From an uncultured virus (IMG/VR IMGVR_UViG_3300042868_003000) (taxonomy: Duplodnaviria; Heunggongvirae; Uroviricota; Caudoviricetes): a DNA stretch of 64,000 nucleotides. The position numbers and the translations under genes are program-made. The stretch's first letter is position 1, and every line of letters starts with the position of its first letter. The notes beneath the pieces are model-generated. The model was not told the DNA's origin, ran no database searches, and saw only the letters and a list, made by a program, of their open reading frames with translations. Positions 1-10,686 of this stretch are shown here, in pieces. Location of the stretch: the IMG/VR virus record IMGVR_UViG_3300042868_003000; one strand, given 5' to 3'.

Positions 1-143
1 ACCATCTCATTTTCCATTTGAGCCATGTGTGAAAAACGTTCAATGTATGTATCAGTAGTTCTTTGTAGATAATGTGGTAGGCCTTTGTCTGGTGTCCATT
101 CTCCACGGCCAATGTCATAAAAAGCAGTAACAATAGTAATCAT
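1..143 (-). CDS. HtrL/YibB (WlaTC)-like glycosyltransferase, N-terminal part; runs off the window
   Basis: Manual translation MITIVTAFYDIGRGEW...YIERFSHMAQMENEM; TIVTAF(Y/F)DIGR is the typical HtrL-family N-terminus. Confidence 0.6.
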   Translation of the reverse strand, partial: MITIVTAFYDIGRGEWTPDKGLPHYLQRTTDTYIERFSHMAQMENEM

Positions 144-1003
144 TATGTTGTCCTAAAAGTAATTAATTCTTCAACCTTATACTTATCATGATAAAATTTC
201 TTCAATTCTGGATCTCGGTCATATTGGTGTACAATGTAGTATGGTTGACCATCACCAGTTTTCATTACACCATCTTCAAAGATTGGATGTTTTTCTGTAA
301 TGAATGGTGCAAATTGGTCTTTCTCAATTGGTTTATTTGTTACATGTAAGTTACAACAGAATCCATCATTTAAACCACTGATGTATGTTATATCAACATA
401 TGGATACCAACCCATTAAAACATTATATGCAGCTTGGTCGGCAACCCAATCGGCTCTATTCAAAGATAGTTGGTATAACATACCACACAAATCAGAAACA
501 ACATGTGCCTTGCCAGCTAACGTACCAACATTTAAAACTTCATAGTCTTTAACTTCTTCATAGAAATATGTACCAAAACATTTTAAAATGTTGTCACGAT
601 TCCAATGTTCATTTTTAACTAGTATACATTCAGACACACCAATCAAATCATAACCAGAATTTGCTGTCAGTATATGAGACAAATATTCCATTGGATCGTT
701 TTGGAAGATTACATCACGTACATCTGTACTTACAACATAACGATATTGACCACTATGTTTTTTCAGATAATCATAGATATGAATAAATCGTTCCATGTGA
801 AACATTGCGCCTGTCATGGATTGTGCGGATATTGCAGTGAATCCGGCTTGTCTAATCTTGTTGATTGTTTCTTCTGATGAATCAATCGCAATTAGAACTT
901 TGTCCCCGGTAAAACCACATTCGTTAATTGATTCGATCCAAGGTTTGACTTGTTCGTAGTTATAGTTTTTAAATGCACCTATAATCAGGTCTTTTTTGTC
1001 CAT
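143..1003 (-). CDS. Putative glycosyltransferase (GT-A-like)
   Basis: TDVRDVIFQ (DxD-type), LNVG, DQAAYN and HQYDR motifs; lies in a sugar-gene cluster. Confidence 0.6.
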   Translation of the reverse strand: MDKKDLIIGAFKNYNYEQVKPWIESINECGFTGDKVLIAIDSSEETINKIRQAGFTAISAQSMTGAMFHMERFIHIYDYLKKHSGQYRYVVSTDVRDVIFQNDPMEYLSHILTANSGYDLIGVSECILVKNEHWNRDNILKCFGTYFYEEVKDYEVLNVGTLAGKAHVVSDLCGMLYQLSLNRADWVADQAAYNVLMGWYPYVDITYISGLNDGFCCNLHVTNKPIEKDQFAPFITEKHPIFEDGVMKTGDGQPYYIVHQYDRDPELKKFYHDKYKVEELITFRTT

Positions 1004-1704
1004 GGTAAATCTCCATTATATTTTTCAAGCATCTTCTTATTTCCTTGTAAGAAGAATTCGGATTGTACTGATAACTGTGTGTTACCTGTACGATAGTTCA
1101 AGGTGTAATCACCATTAGTATCGTATTTCAGATTGTTGTTTCTCAATACATGAGTCAACATCCTATCAACCTCTGGTACTCCAGGTTCTCTTGCCTTGCG
1201 ATACCAAATTGGACTTGTTTGAATTGCAATCATCTTTGGTAGAAAGAAACATCCAACGTCAACAAAGTAGTCACCAATGCAAGATTCCCATTTACCCAAT
1301 GATTCACAGTCATCAAGGCAAACATAGTTACTTTCTTTGTCTACAATTTTGCGTAATGAGAAAGCCCAATCATTACCCCTTTGAATTACATCCACAAGAG
1401 ATTCGATATGAGTGGTATCATAGTAATTATCCTCATCCAAGAAACAAACCAGGTCACCTTTTGCAAGGTAGACTGATGCACCATAGATTCGGTGTCCGTT
1501 GAACCGGTCGGTTCCTGTTGGGTATGGGAGGTCTATTAGGTCAATATGTGGATATTCTCTAGCAATAACACGACCTTTTGGTTGACCATCTACAACAACT
1601 AAGTGTTGAATGTTATCATAAGTTTGATTTTTAACCGACTCTATCGCTTGTCGTAGATACGGTGCACCTGTTGTAGGTGTAATCACAGTCACTAACGGTT
1701 TCAT
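985..1704 (-). CDS. Glycosyltransferase family 2
   Basis: VTVITPT...LRQAIESV..QTY...VVVDG and FLDEDN motifs. Confidence 0.85.
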   Translation of the reverse strand: MKPLVTVITPTTGAPYLRQAIESVKNQTYDNIQHLVVVDGQPKGRVIAREYPHIDLIDLPYPTGTDRFNGHRIYGASVYLAKGDLVCFLDEDNYYDTTHIESLVDVIQRGNDWAFSLRKIVDKESNYVCLDDCESLGKWESCIGDYFVDVGCFFLPKMIAIQTSPIWYRKAREPGVPEVDRMLTHVLRNNNLKYDTNGDYTLNYRTGNTQLSVQSEFFLQGNKKMLEKYNGDLPWTKKT

Positions 1705-1710
1705 AATTTA

Positions 1711-2013
1711 TCATCCTCTAGTTAATTTTAAAATTGCCTCAATTTGTTTTTCAATTGCTGGTTTACGATTAGGCCAGTAGATATATTCTTTATCTCCTGT
1801 ACTATGTAGTTTCTTTAGGAAAGGGATAATCATCTTCTCAAGTTCAGCCAAGCGTCTTTCCGTTTCTGTCAAATTAACTTTGTAATTCTCAACGGTCTGT
1901 ACACTCTCTTTAATTGTGGAATTATATTCCTGTTCTGAAATAGCAGAGAACCCGAAATCATTTTCGGTGTCCTCATACTGTTTTAGTATTTTATCAAAAT
2001 CTGTTAGTGCCAT
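1711..2013 (-). CDS. Hypothetical protein
   Basis: 100 aa ORF coupled to the upstream gene; YIYWPNR C-terminal motif. Confidence 0.7.
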   Translation of the reverse strand: MALTDFDKILKQYEDTENDFGFSAISEQEYNSTIKESVQTVENYKVNLTETERRLAELEKMIIPFLKKLHSTGDKEYIYWPNRKPAIEKQIEAILKLTRG

Positions 2014-3089
2014 TATTTGTAAGAGTAGTCACACATCATACGGGTAGGATAACCATCACCACCTTGTGTATCACGTATGTTTAGTTTAAGAATGTAATGA
2101 CCCGTTTCTATTTCCATGTCAATACGCTTACCTGTACCAGATTTACCACCATAGTATACATTACATGAGTTTGGTGTAGCGGCTGAAGTCATATAATCTT
2201 TATCAATTTCATACACTTCGGTTTTACCCGTCAGTTTATGTACGATAGTATAACCATGGCCAACACCAGAAATCAAAAAGTTTTTCAATTCATTCTTCTG
2301 TTTTGATGACATTGTTTTCCAAACATCTTCAACATAACCTTTTTTTAATTTACCATTGTAGATATCACAAAACAATGCATCGTTGATATTAAACATATTA
2401 AGAATTTTTAAACCATCTTTATTTGTAATTTTACCAGATTTGATTTCTGCTGGTGAAAGAACTGTACGGATGCCTGAGTTGAAAAAGGTAACAGTGCCGC
2501 CGGTTTTCAAACTTAGGAAGATTTCTTTCTTATCACAAATTAATGTAATGTCGGTAACAACGGGCCCCAAATTGTTATCACGTACAGGAATTTTAGATGA
2601 AATTAAAACTTGTGGTGAGAATATAAAAGGTCTTTTGTTGTTTAATTCACCAACCTCTTTAACTTCTAGATTTTTACATTTATTCAGTTTATGAAGTTTA
2701 ACTATATCATCAACTGCTTGAAGTAATTTTGTGTCGGTTATCTTTTCACCTTTCCACCATTGTCTCAATGCATCAGCAAGTTCTCCCTCATATGCATTAC
2801 CTTTATTCTGTACACCTCGGCCGCCAGATGATCCAGAACCAAATTTCATGGTAATTTTAGTTACCTTTGCTTCTCTTTTTATTTTAGCAAGGTCAATATC
2901 CGTTTGTAAATCTCTTGTAACATTAATCTTAGCAATTGATGCAGGATCAACATTGATTGGAGTTTCAACTTTTGGAAATTTTGATTTTAGATAAGCAAAG
3001 ATATTGATTATATCTTCTATCTTTGCTTTGTCACCCTTTAGAGTTTGCTTGATTTCCGTTGCAGTCTTTGGGAAAAAAGTATAAGCCAT
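2013..3089 (-). CDS. Hypothetical protein, possible PD-(D/E)xK nuclease fold
   Basis: 358 aa; GNAYEGEL...VTDITL...IFLSLK spacing resembles a restriction-nuclease active site. Confidence 0.45.
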   Translation of the reverse strand: MAYTFFPKTATEIKQTLKGDKAKIEDIINIFAYLKSKFPKVETPINVDPASIAKINVTRDLQTDIDLAKIKREAKVTKITMKFGSGSSGGRGVQNKGNAYEGELADALRQWWKGEKITDTKLLQAVDDIVKLHKLNKCKNLEVKEVGELNNKRPFIFSPQVLISSKIPVRDNNLGPVVTDITLICDKKEIFLSLKTGGTVTFFNSGIRTVLSPAEIKSGKITNKDGLKILNMFNINDALFCDIYNGKLKKGYVEDVWKTMSSKQKNELKNFLISGVGHGYTIVHKLTGKTEVYEIDKDYMTSAATPNSCNVYYGGKSGTGKRIDMEIETGHYILKLNIRDTQGGDGYPTRMMCDYSYK

Positions 3090-3111
3090 TTAACACCTTC
3101 AAAGAAAGTAT

Positions 3112-4218
3112 TTATCTTATGATTTGAATCTCCTTTCCGGAAGTCCAAATCTCTAGTTCGGTTTTTAACCGTTTCTCATTATACAGAGTTTCATACCGAT
3201 TGCAAGCCTTATTTCGCCACCATTCAATCAAGTTTACCAGATTGTGTTTTTCATAGTTTTCACCAGGAATAAGCACGTCCGTCTTACAGTTTACATAGTC
3301 AACCATGTTTTTAAAGCCATAGTCACTGGTGTAATATCTTTTTTGCTCTGTCAACCCTTTTGCTTTCCCAATCGTTGCTATGAATGTATCCCCTTCAGGT
3401 GTACCTTTAAGTGCAGCCTTAGTGAGAGAAATAATCTTCATAGAGATTTTCAGTTTCTTACTAGAAGCAACATCTTCAACCAAAGGTCCGACTTTATCTT
3501 GTACGAAATCACGTAGGTCAGAATAAGGTTTACCATGCATCATAGGAAGAAAATCGGAATCTGTCAGACCTTTATATCTGATATATGGTTTCATACCATC
3601 ATATTGCGATACAGTCTTTGAACTACCATACAAAGAAGTTGTTTCAAAGAGACACAGGTTCATTCCATACTTTACATTTACAATCTCACGTACTTCATGT
3701 GAAGTGCAGATTGCAGCCAACAACTTACCACCAAGGTAATTATAACCAAATGGTTGTGCAGGTACAATAACAAAACCCATCATTGCAGAATTATTGAATC
3801 GTTTACCCCACTCAGGTTTTTGTGTAAACACTTGACCAAGCATATCATTACGTGGCTTACAGTTGATTACAGGTGAACCAAGACGGATGAATCCTACGTA
3901 CTTTCCTGTATTGGTTTCACGCACTGCCAGTTTAACATTGCGGCCAACTGGCGGAATGTTTACATGAGATGAAGTGATGTTCAATAGATTGGTCCAAGTT
4001 TCATTATCAATCTCGACAACCTCAAAATTCATATCTTTTGGATTCATTGTGAAGTCTTGGAACAACTCATCTTCAATAGGAAACAAAGGATTCGATGGTA
4101 ATTCAGCCAGAGAATTCAACTTCTGGTCACGCATATACTCATCAATACGGTCAAAACTACCAAAGTAATCTTCAAACACTTTGGCGCAATGAACTGCATC
4201 ATTAAATTCTAATTTCAT
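3112..4218 (-). CDS. DUF4338/DruA-like protein (paralog 1)
   Basis: QPFGYNYLGGKLLAAIC, ETTSLYG and SQYDG motifs shared with 29026-30291. Confidence 0.6.
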   Translation of the reverse strand: MKLEFNDAVHCAKVFEDYFGSFDRIDEYMRDQKLNSLAELPSNPLFPIEDELFQDFTMNPKDMNFEVVEIDNETWTNLLNITSSHVNIPPVGRNVKLAVRETNTGKYVGFIRLGSPVINCKPRNDMLGQVFTQKPEWGKRFNNSAMMGFVIVPAQPFGYNYLGGKLLAAICTSHEVREIVNVKYGMNLCLFETTSLYGSSKTVSQYDGMKPYIRYKGLTDSDFLPMMHGKPYSDLRDFVQDKVGPLVEDVASSKKLKISMKIISLTKAALKGTPEGDTFIATIGKAKGLTEQKRYYTSDYGFKNMVDYVNCKTDVLIPGENYEKHNLVNLIEWWRNKACNRYETLYNEKRLKTELEIWTSGKEIQIIR

Positions 4219-5609
4219 ACTTTAAATCCATCAAATGATTTCTTCTGTGTTTTCTCTCTGTTACCAAATGTGTTGAGTGGTTTATCTTGACCAGAATCTG
4301 TAATGCCGTCTTGACTAGACTGTTCAATATCATATAATCTCATTTTCGACCTATCAATACCTAGAGTGAATCGTTTGAAATGCGTTGGATCATTATAACG
4401 ATTCTTCAATTGTTTTACCATAATCTGTCCCATTTCTTCTAATTCTTCGGAAGAAATAAGAGCAAACATCAAGTCTGCTGTAGCGGGCAAACCAAAAGAC
4501 TCACTTGTGTCTTCGAGTCCGGGATCGGAAGAAGTAAAGCCACCCCTTGTTGTTTGTGTTGCAGAAACAATAGGTACTCCGAACTCAACGGCAAGACCTC
4601 GCAATTCTTCTGCGATGGATTTAACATAAGTATAGGAGTTGATGTTTGCTCCGGCCTTGATTCTTGATGAACAACAAATATTAAGATAATCAATAAAAAT
4701 AATATTGGGTACAAAAGACTTTTTAAGATTGAGCTCATTGAGTAAGGTGCGAAAATGTATGCTGCTCGCAGAGGCTGTAGGATATTCTTTGATAATAAGT
4801 TTACCAACAGTCTTTTCACGGAGTTTATTAATCTTTTTATCATACAAATCTTTCGGTAAACTCACAAGGTCATCAATCGTGACATTCAATAAGTTAGCAT
4901 CAATACGTTCTGCAATCTTTTCTTCACTCATTTCCATCGTGATGTAAAGAACATTCTTGCCTTGCACCATGCAGCCTGCAGCCACATGGCACATGAACAA
5001 ACTTTTTCCTACGCCAGTTCCGGCAAGAGCAATATTAAGCGTCTTATTAGGTAATCCACCTTTTGTGATTTTGTTAAAGAACTCTAAGTCAAAAGGGATT
5101 CGTTCTTCTTTACGATGGTAGAAATCATATCGTTCATCTGAGTTTTCAAGATAATCGTGGCCAACAGAATTGTCAAAACTTATCGCCAAGGCGTCTGATA
5201 ATATTTTGGGAATCGAACCTTTGTCATTTGTTTTGTCCTTGCCATCGAGGATTGAAATAGACCCCAATACAGCGTTATAAATGGCCTTCTCTTGGCAAAA
5301 CTGTTCGGTCTTGTCAACAAGCCATTGAACCTTGGATTCTTCACCTTTAGTTTTCTCAATCTCTTGTAAATAAGATTCACACTTCTCCACTTCCTCATCT
5401 GAGAGATTTCGCCTTTCTTTGACGGCCAGTACAAGTGCTTCAACCGTTGGTGTAGAATTGTAAGTTTCTGTGAATGATGCAATTTCATTGTATAATGTTT
5501 TGTCGCTTCTGTCTGTAAAATATTCTGATTTTAGAAATGGTAAAACCTTGCGTAAATATTCTTCATTGTAAATTAGATTCTTTAGAATCGTCTGTTCCAG
5601 TTTCATCAA
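4215..5609 (-). CDS. 41: Replicative DNA helicase (T4 gp41-like)
   Basis: Walker A AGTGVGKS, IFIDYLNI, SATQTTR, QLKNRY. Confidence 0.95.
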   Translation of the reverse strand: MMKLEQTILKNLIYNEEYLRKVLPFLKSEYFTDRSDKTLYNEIASFTETYNSTPTVEALVLAVKERRNLSDEEVEKCESYLQEIEKTKGEESKVQWLVDKTEQFCQEKAIYNAVLGSISILDGKDKTNDKGSIPKILSDALAISFDNSVGHDYLENSDERYDFYHRKEERIPFDLEFFNKITKGGLPNKTLNIALAGTGVGKSLFMCHVAAGCMVQGKNVLYITMEMSEEKIAERIDANLLNVTIDDLVSLPKDLYDKKINKLREKTVGKLIIKEYPTASASSIHFRTLLNELNLKKSFVPNIIFIDYLNICCSSRIKAGANINSYTYVKSIAEELRGLAVEFGVPIVSATQTTRGGFTSSDPGLEDTSESFGLPATADLMFALISSEELEEMGQIMVKQLKNRYNDPTHFKRFTLGIDRSKMRLYDIEQSSQDGITDSGQDKPLNTFGNREKTQKKSFDGFKV

Positions 5610-5886
5610 TTACTTCCTGTTCCATGTTAGATGACATTATTTCCACCAATAAGTCACCAATGTAGTTTTTAAAGTCATCATCTTTTTCCAGCTTGGCTGG
5701 TGTCTTTACTGGTGATTGTAACACATCGTAAGCAAAAAGTAAATAGACCTGTTCACTTTCTTCCTTAAATTTAACTTTACCATATTTAAATATGGTATCT
5801 TTATAAGGACCTTCCAAAAATTTAATGTTGACTGCTGTTTTGTCATCCTTTGGATAGATGTAGCAGTAATCTATTCCCTCAATCAT
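5563..5886 (-). CDS. Hypothetical protein in the T4 gp40 position
   Basis: 107 aa ORF between uvsX and gene 41; synteny only. Confidence 0.55.
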   Translation of the reverse strand: MIEGIDYCYIYPKDDKTAVNIKFLEGPYKDTIFKYGKVKFKEESEQVYLLFAYDVLQSPVKTPAKLEKDDDFKNYIGDLLVEIMSSNMEQEVIDETGTDDSKESNLQ

Positions 5887-6953
5887 TATACACCATTCAT
5901 GGTTGCAACATCAAATGTTTCATCAATGTTGCTTGTCATAATTTCTCCGGATGCCACACGGTACTTGTTCTCAATGAAATCACGGAAAGATTTCTGTTTC
6001 AGAATAGGCATCCAAAAGTCTTTGGAGTCGGTGTCCTTCTCACGGTAATTTTTTTCTTCAATCACACCATCTGAGTCAACACGTTGATACCAACCATTCT
6101 TTGGTTTAACCACATGTTTGGACTCAATAGCAAGGTCAAGTAAACCAGACCAAGTGCTAATGCCACCGTCAAAAGATACGCTGACAGGTATTTTAGATTT
6201 TTCTTTGACATATCTAGATTTTTCCACATTAATAATAAAATTGTAACCGGTAACTTCTGTACCATCTTTTTCTTGTTGACGGCCAATAATAAAAATATTG
6301 TCAGCCGAGTAATATGAACCCGTACCACCACCAACGATAGCTTTAGGGAACATACCAATTTCCATGTAGGTGTGATTTACAACAACCATTGGAATGTCTT
6401 TCAATGATAGGTGAGGTGTCACCATACGGAACAAAGACTTGACTTGTTTGGCTCGGGACATATCAGCAACTGATTTCTCCGCCAAAGCATCTTCAACTTC
6501 TTTCTTAGATGCTAAGTTACCAATTGAATCAATGACGATAATCAATTTATCACCACGTTCTAATTGTGTCAACTGTGCCATTATGTCGAACTTGAGTTGT
6601 TCGATATCTGTAAGAGGAGTGTGAAGCACTCGTTCAGTGTCAATGCCAAAGCTATCAAAATAAGACTGCGGAGTACCAAACTCTGAATCGTAGAATAGTA
6701 ACGCTGCATCAGGATATTTGTCCAAGTAAGACTTGGCCATCAACAAACTGAACGCTGTCTTAAAGTGTTTCGATGGACCCGCCCACATTGTAAGACCTGG
6801 TGTTAGACCACCATCTAACTTACCAGAAAGTGCCACGTTAATAATTGGCACTGCTGTTGGAATCATATCTTTAGCATTAAAGAATTTTGATTTAGCTAAG
6901 ATAGCAGAATCTTTAATACTGCTATTTTTTTTAATTTTGTCTAATATACTCAT
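5886..6953 (-). CDS. uvsX: RecA-like recombinase UvsX
   Basis: AGPSKHFKT, FYDSEFG, IDSIGNLASKKE, VGGGTG. Confidence 0.95.
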   Translation of the reverse strand: MSILDKIKKNSSIKDSAILAKSKFFNAKDMIPTAVPIINVALSGKLDGGLTPGLTMWAGPSKHFKTAFSLLMAKSYLDKYPDAALLFYDSEFGTPQSYFDSFGIDTERVLHTPLTDIEQLKFDIMAQLTQLERGDKLIIVIDSIGNLASKKEVEDALAEKSVADMSRAKQVKSLFRMVTPHLSLKDIPMVVVNHTYMEIGMFPKAIVGGGTGSYYSADNIFIIGRQQEKDGTEVTGYNFIINVEKSRYVKEKSKIPVSVSFDGGISTWSGLLDLAIESKHVVKPKNGWYQRVDSDGVIEEKNYREKDTDSKDFWMPILKQKSFRDFIENKYRVASGEIMTSNIDETFDVATMNGV

Positions 6954-6964
6954 TGTTTCATCCT

Positions 6965-8134
6965 TTAAAATTTACCAGCATCACGAACTTCTTTTTCCTT
7001 AAAAGAATACGGTTCATCATAATCATACTTAGGTTCCAATTTTTTCACAGGTTCTTCTACTGGTACATGATGTTCTTCATACATAACAGAATTTCGTGTG
7101 TTGTGGGTTTCAATTGTTACCTTTTCATGTGTAATTGGTGGTATAGTTTCACCAGTTATATCATCAATCACAATCATATTATCTTTTTTAATTTCTACAG
7201 TTTCTTCTCTTGGTGCAACCATCGGTTTCAAATTCTCAAAGTGTTTGAATGGTTGTTTCAGGTATGCATAAGGATCAACCGGTTCTTCAACGTGTACAAC
7301 TTCAGGTGTTACATCATCAACTTGTTTGGCATATTCATCCAATTTTTTTGCATTTTCTTTTGCACGTTCAAAAAAGTCTTCAACATCTTCTTTTTGTTTC
7401 ATCGACATGTTATATGCGATTAACAATAGAATTGCTAATGGATCGAATACAACAATAATCAACATGATTACCATTCTTACCGCTTTGTCGATAACATCAC
7501 CAGTAGTCTCTGAACCATACGCCAAGGCCGCAATGTATTTGATTGGACCGATATCCGCTTCAACCTTTTTAAGCTCTGTAGATAGAGGCGCACGTTCCTC
7601 GGAGTATTTGGCAATGACGCTTTGCGACTGTTGAATTTCTTGTAGTATTCTAGTCCTATCTTTCTGTTGGGAACGGCGTATTGCTTGCGCCGTAGCGGCA
7701 CCCTTTTCATCTGTTGAGCGACCCATAGTTTGGTCCACAACCTCATCATACTGTTTAATTGCCTTGCGGTTTGCCTCGACATTTTCCTTCTCCGTTTTAA
7801 TCTTCTCATCCAGCAAGGCAATCTTATCTACAAGTGGTGCATTATCTGCTGAATGTTCCAGGTGTGCCTTTGATAAAAAACCAAAGATACCCATTGAAGT
7901 AATCAACATTAAAATGATAACTGCTATCGACAAATACGATTTAATAAGAAAAGGACATTGTTTCCAGTTATTATACAACCATGATACTGTTACAAGTTTC
8001 GAAGCTTCAAGAACCGAACCCATAAAAACAATTGGCCAAAACGAACCAGGAAAAATTTGTGCTAAACCAACAACTGAATAGTATGCAGAAACACCAGATA
8101 AACCTAATGCTGTCAATAAGGTTAAAAATATCAT
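6965..8134 (-). CDS. Membrane protein with coiled-coil region
   Basis: Three N-terminal hydrophobic helices, a coiled coil, one more TM segment (IIVVFDPLAILLLIA) and an acidic tail. Confidence 0.65.
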   Translation of the reverse strand: MIFLTLLTALGLSGVSAYYSVVGLAQIFPGSFWPIVFMGSVLEASKLVTVSWLYNNWKQCPFLIKSYLSIAVIILMLITSMGIFGFLSKAHLEHSADNAPLVDKIALLDEKIKTEKENVEANRKAIKQYDEVVDQTMGRSTDEKGAATAQAIRRSQQKDRTRILQEIQQSQSVIAKYSEERAPLSTELKKVEADIGPIKYIAALAYGSETTGDVIDKAVRMVIMLIIVVFDPLAILLLIAYNMSMKQKEDVEDFFERAKENAKKLDEYAKQVDDVTPEVVHVEEPVDPYAYLKQPFKHFENLKPMVAPREETVEIKKDNMIVIDDITGETIPPITHEKVTIETHNTRNSVMYEEHHVPVEEPVKKLEPKYDYDEPYSFKEKEVRDAGKF

Positions 8135-10686
8135 CCGAAAAAGTCCTCTAAAGAATTAGTTTTTTCCGCAGACCACTTCATGCATCTTAAAATGACACTG
8201 ATTGGTTCCAGAAATGCTTTGTCGAATTGTACATCATAATCAATGTAGTTGTCAAGCTCAAACTCTTTAGGTATTCTACCTGGAAAAGAAATCACATCAT
8301 TCTTAAAATGATTTGGCATTCTCAAATAGGTAAATTTGAGTTTTTCACCTTCTTGTATGAGTGGGTACTTCTTAGTCAATCCCAATTGTTTTAGATGGTG
8401 GTTATATACGATTGCACCACGAACATGAATGGGTGTGCCTTTTTTGAACAACATTACTGGATCGGAATAAGTATTTAGCCCATTCAAACCCCGAGGAAAA
8501 GATATTTCTTCCGCTGGTAATGTTTTAAACTCTTTCTTAAACTCGGCAATAAAGTCTTGTACTTGTTGTTCAGTGCCAGTCATCATCAACTTAATGGCAG
8601 CTTTCATCTTCTCACGAATAGCAGATGGTGTGGATGATTTAATCATTTCCAAGCCCATCACTTTCATATGTGGTTCAGCATACTGCACACCTTCATTGTT
8701 ATATACATTTAGAATATAACGTTTCTTGGCAGTCCATACACCTTTGTCAGAAAGACCCTCACGCTTCATCTGCATCTTTTGTGCATATGCATGAACATAA
8801 TCAGCCAACTCTTGGTAAGACTTATCAATATGTGGTTGTAGTTTATCTTCACAAACACGATCCATAAATTCAATAATCTTTTGTGCAGGCATTTTAACCA
8901 CACCATCAACACCATAAACTTTATTTACTAAATCACCGAGGCGCAGGTAAATAGAATCGGTATCAGAAGCGATTACATAATCGTTATCTGTACCAAGAAG
9001 TTTATTCATGTATTGGTTTATTTTCGCTTCAATCCATTTGATGGAAAGCTGGCCTGCCGTAGTGACTCCCAAAGCCATGCGTAGGTCATAAAACCTAAAA
9101 TACTGACTTCCCAAAGCACCGTAGGCAGAGTTAAGGGATACTTTCTTTGCGAGCTGGAGGTTGTTGTATCTGGCAACTCGTTTGTCGATTTCATATTTTT
9201 TTCGTTCATCTTTTTCATTCTCATACTCCTGTTGCGCTTGCAACATCATCTTTTTAAATTTCTTGCGGTCATCATACATTTCGACCATCATCTTAGGTAA
9301 GAAACCTTGAATGTCGGTACGGAAGAATTGACCGTTTGGTGTGATTGTAACATCAACCAGTTCCGAAGTGTCAATTTGTTTCATTAACATTTTATCAACA
9401 GTAACACCTTGTGAAAGAACACCACGCATTTCATCAGTATAGTTTTCTGGTTCAATTAACGTTTCAGGTGAAATGTTGTACTGCATCATCAAGTGTGGAT
9501 ACAAACTGTTCAAGTCAAACGATGCAACCCAATTGTGTAATCCAATTTGTGGTTCTTTAACATATGCACCTTCAAACGCAGAATCTTTCTCCTGTGTTTC
9601 TTTTGGTGGAACAATGATGCCTTTACCTAACAAATAAGAATACGTCAATGAATCCCACATACGTGTCTGTGCAAATACATCTTCATAGTTACACTTGGTA
9701 TCATATGCAAGAGTTAAGGCCAACTCAATCAACTTCAACTTGTCCTCTAGTTTAATAATCAACGCAACGTCTTTAATGTTGTATTCAATAAACTTTTGAT
9801 AGTTCAGTCTATACAGCTGATGTAAGTTCTCATATTCATCATATGAAATCTTGCCTTCACCAAGTTCTACTTGTGCAATATTATCCAGTCGATAGGATTC
9901 TTGTGACTTACCACCTGGCGCATACCATTTGTATAACTCAATATAATCAAGTGATTCGATACCAACAAAACTGTATGCAATCAACAAACGACCATTGATA
10001 TTGGTTTTACGTTCACTGATATAATTCCATGGAGATAACATCTTGGCCTTATCTTCACCAAGAATCTTACGAAAACGATTGACAAGATATGGTATATCAA
10101 AGAACTTGGTGTTCCAGCCAGTGATAACATCTGGATACATTCTGGACCAAAACTCAATGAATTTACTGCAAAGAGTGTATTCATCTTTACACTTCAGATA
10201 GGTTATATTGTCGGGATCATCATTACGAAAATCACCACAACCAAACACATAAGTGTGACCATTCAGAAAGGTCGTTGCAATTGCGGTGATAGGTTCGTTT
10301 GCAAGGTATGGATCAGGAAAACCATTTTCCGAACCGACCTCAATGTCGATAATTGCAACACTTACTTTATCTTGTTCCCAATCAACCATTTCAGAATGTT
10401 GTTCTGCAATGAAAGCGTATTGATATCCTGTGTTACCATAGATTTTTGGAGCACCTGGAAGACCATCATATTGTTTCACATATTCTCTGGCTTCACGAAT
10501 GCCATCAAATCGTTTTGGCACAAGGTCTAGGCCATCAAGTGATTTATGGGTACCTTTACCGTTACGGGCTGGAAGATACAATTGTGGTTCATAATCAATC
10601 TTCAGTTTGATTCTTTTACCATCTTTGACGCCACGATAAAGAATCTTGCCGCCAAGTGCCTGTACGTTTGTATAAAAAGTTGTCAT
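8131..10686 (-). CDS. 43: Family B DNA polymerase (T4 gp43-like)
   Basis: DIEV exonuclease motif, SFDLNSLYPH, KVSLNSAYG, ASDTDS, KKRY; 851 aa, uninterrupted. Confidence 0.97.
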   Translation of the reverse strand: MTTFYTNVQALGGKILYRGVKDGKRIKLKIDYEPQLYLPARNGKGTHKSLDGLDLVPKRFDGIREAREYVKQYDGLPGAPKIYGNTGYQYAFIAEQHSEMVDWEQDKVSVAIIDIEVGSENGFPDPYLANEPITAIATTFLNGHTYVFGCGDFRNDDPDNITYLKCKDEYTLCSKFIEFWSRMYPDVITGWNTKFFDIPYLVNRFRKILGEDKAKMLSPWNYISERKTNINGRLLIAYSFVGIESLDYIELYKWYAPGGKSQESYRLDNIAQVELGEGKISYDEYENLHQLYRLNYQKFIEYNIKDVALIIKLEDKLKLIELALTLAYDTKCNYEDVFAQTRMWDSLTYSYLLGKGIIVPPKETQEKDSAFEGAYVKEPQIGLHNWVASFDLNSLYPHLMMQYNISPETLIEPENYTDEMRGVLSQGVTVDKMLMKQIDTSELVDVTITPNGQFFRTDIQGFLPKMMVEMYDDRKKFKKMMLQAQQEYENEKDERKKYEIDKRVARYNNLQLAKKVSLNSAYGALGSQYFRFYDLRMALGVTTAGQLSIKWIEAKINQYMNKLLGTDNDYVIASDTDSIYLRLGDLVNKVYGVDGVVKMPAQKIIEFMDRVCEDKLQPHIDKSYQELADYVHAYAQKMQMKREGLSDKGVWTAKKRYILNVYNNEGVQYAEPHMKVMGLEMIKSSTPSAIREKMKAAIKLMMTGTEQQVQDFIAEFKKEFKTLPAEEISFPRGLNGLNTYSDPVMLFKKGTPIHVRGAIVYNHHLKQLGLTKKYPLIQEGEKLKFTYLRMPNHFKNDVISFPGRIPKEFELDNYIDYDVQFDKAFLEPISVILRCMKWSAEKTNSLEDFFG

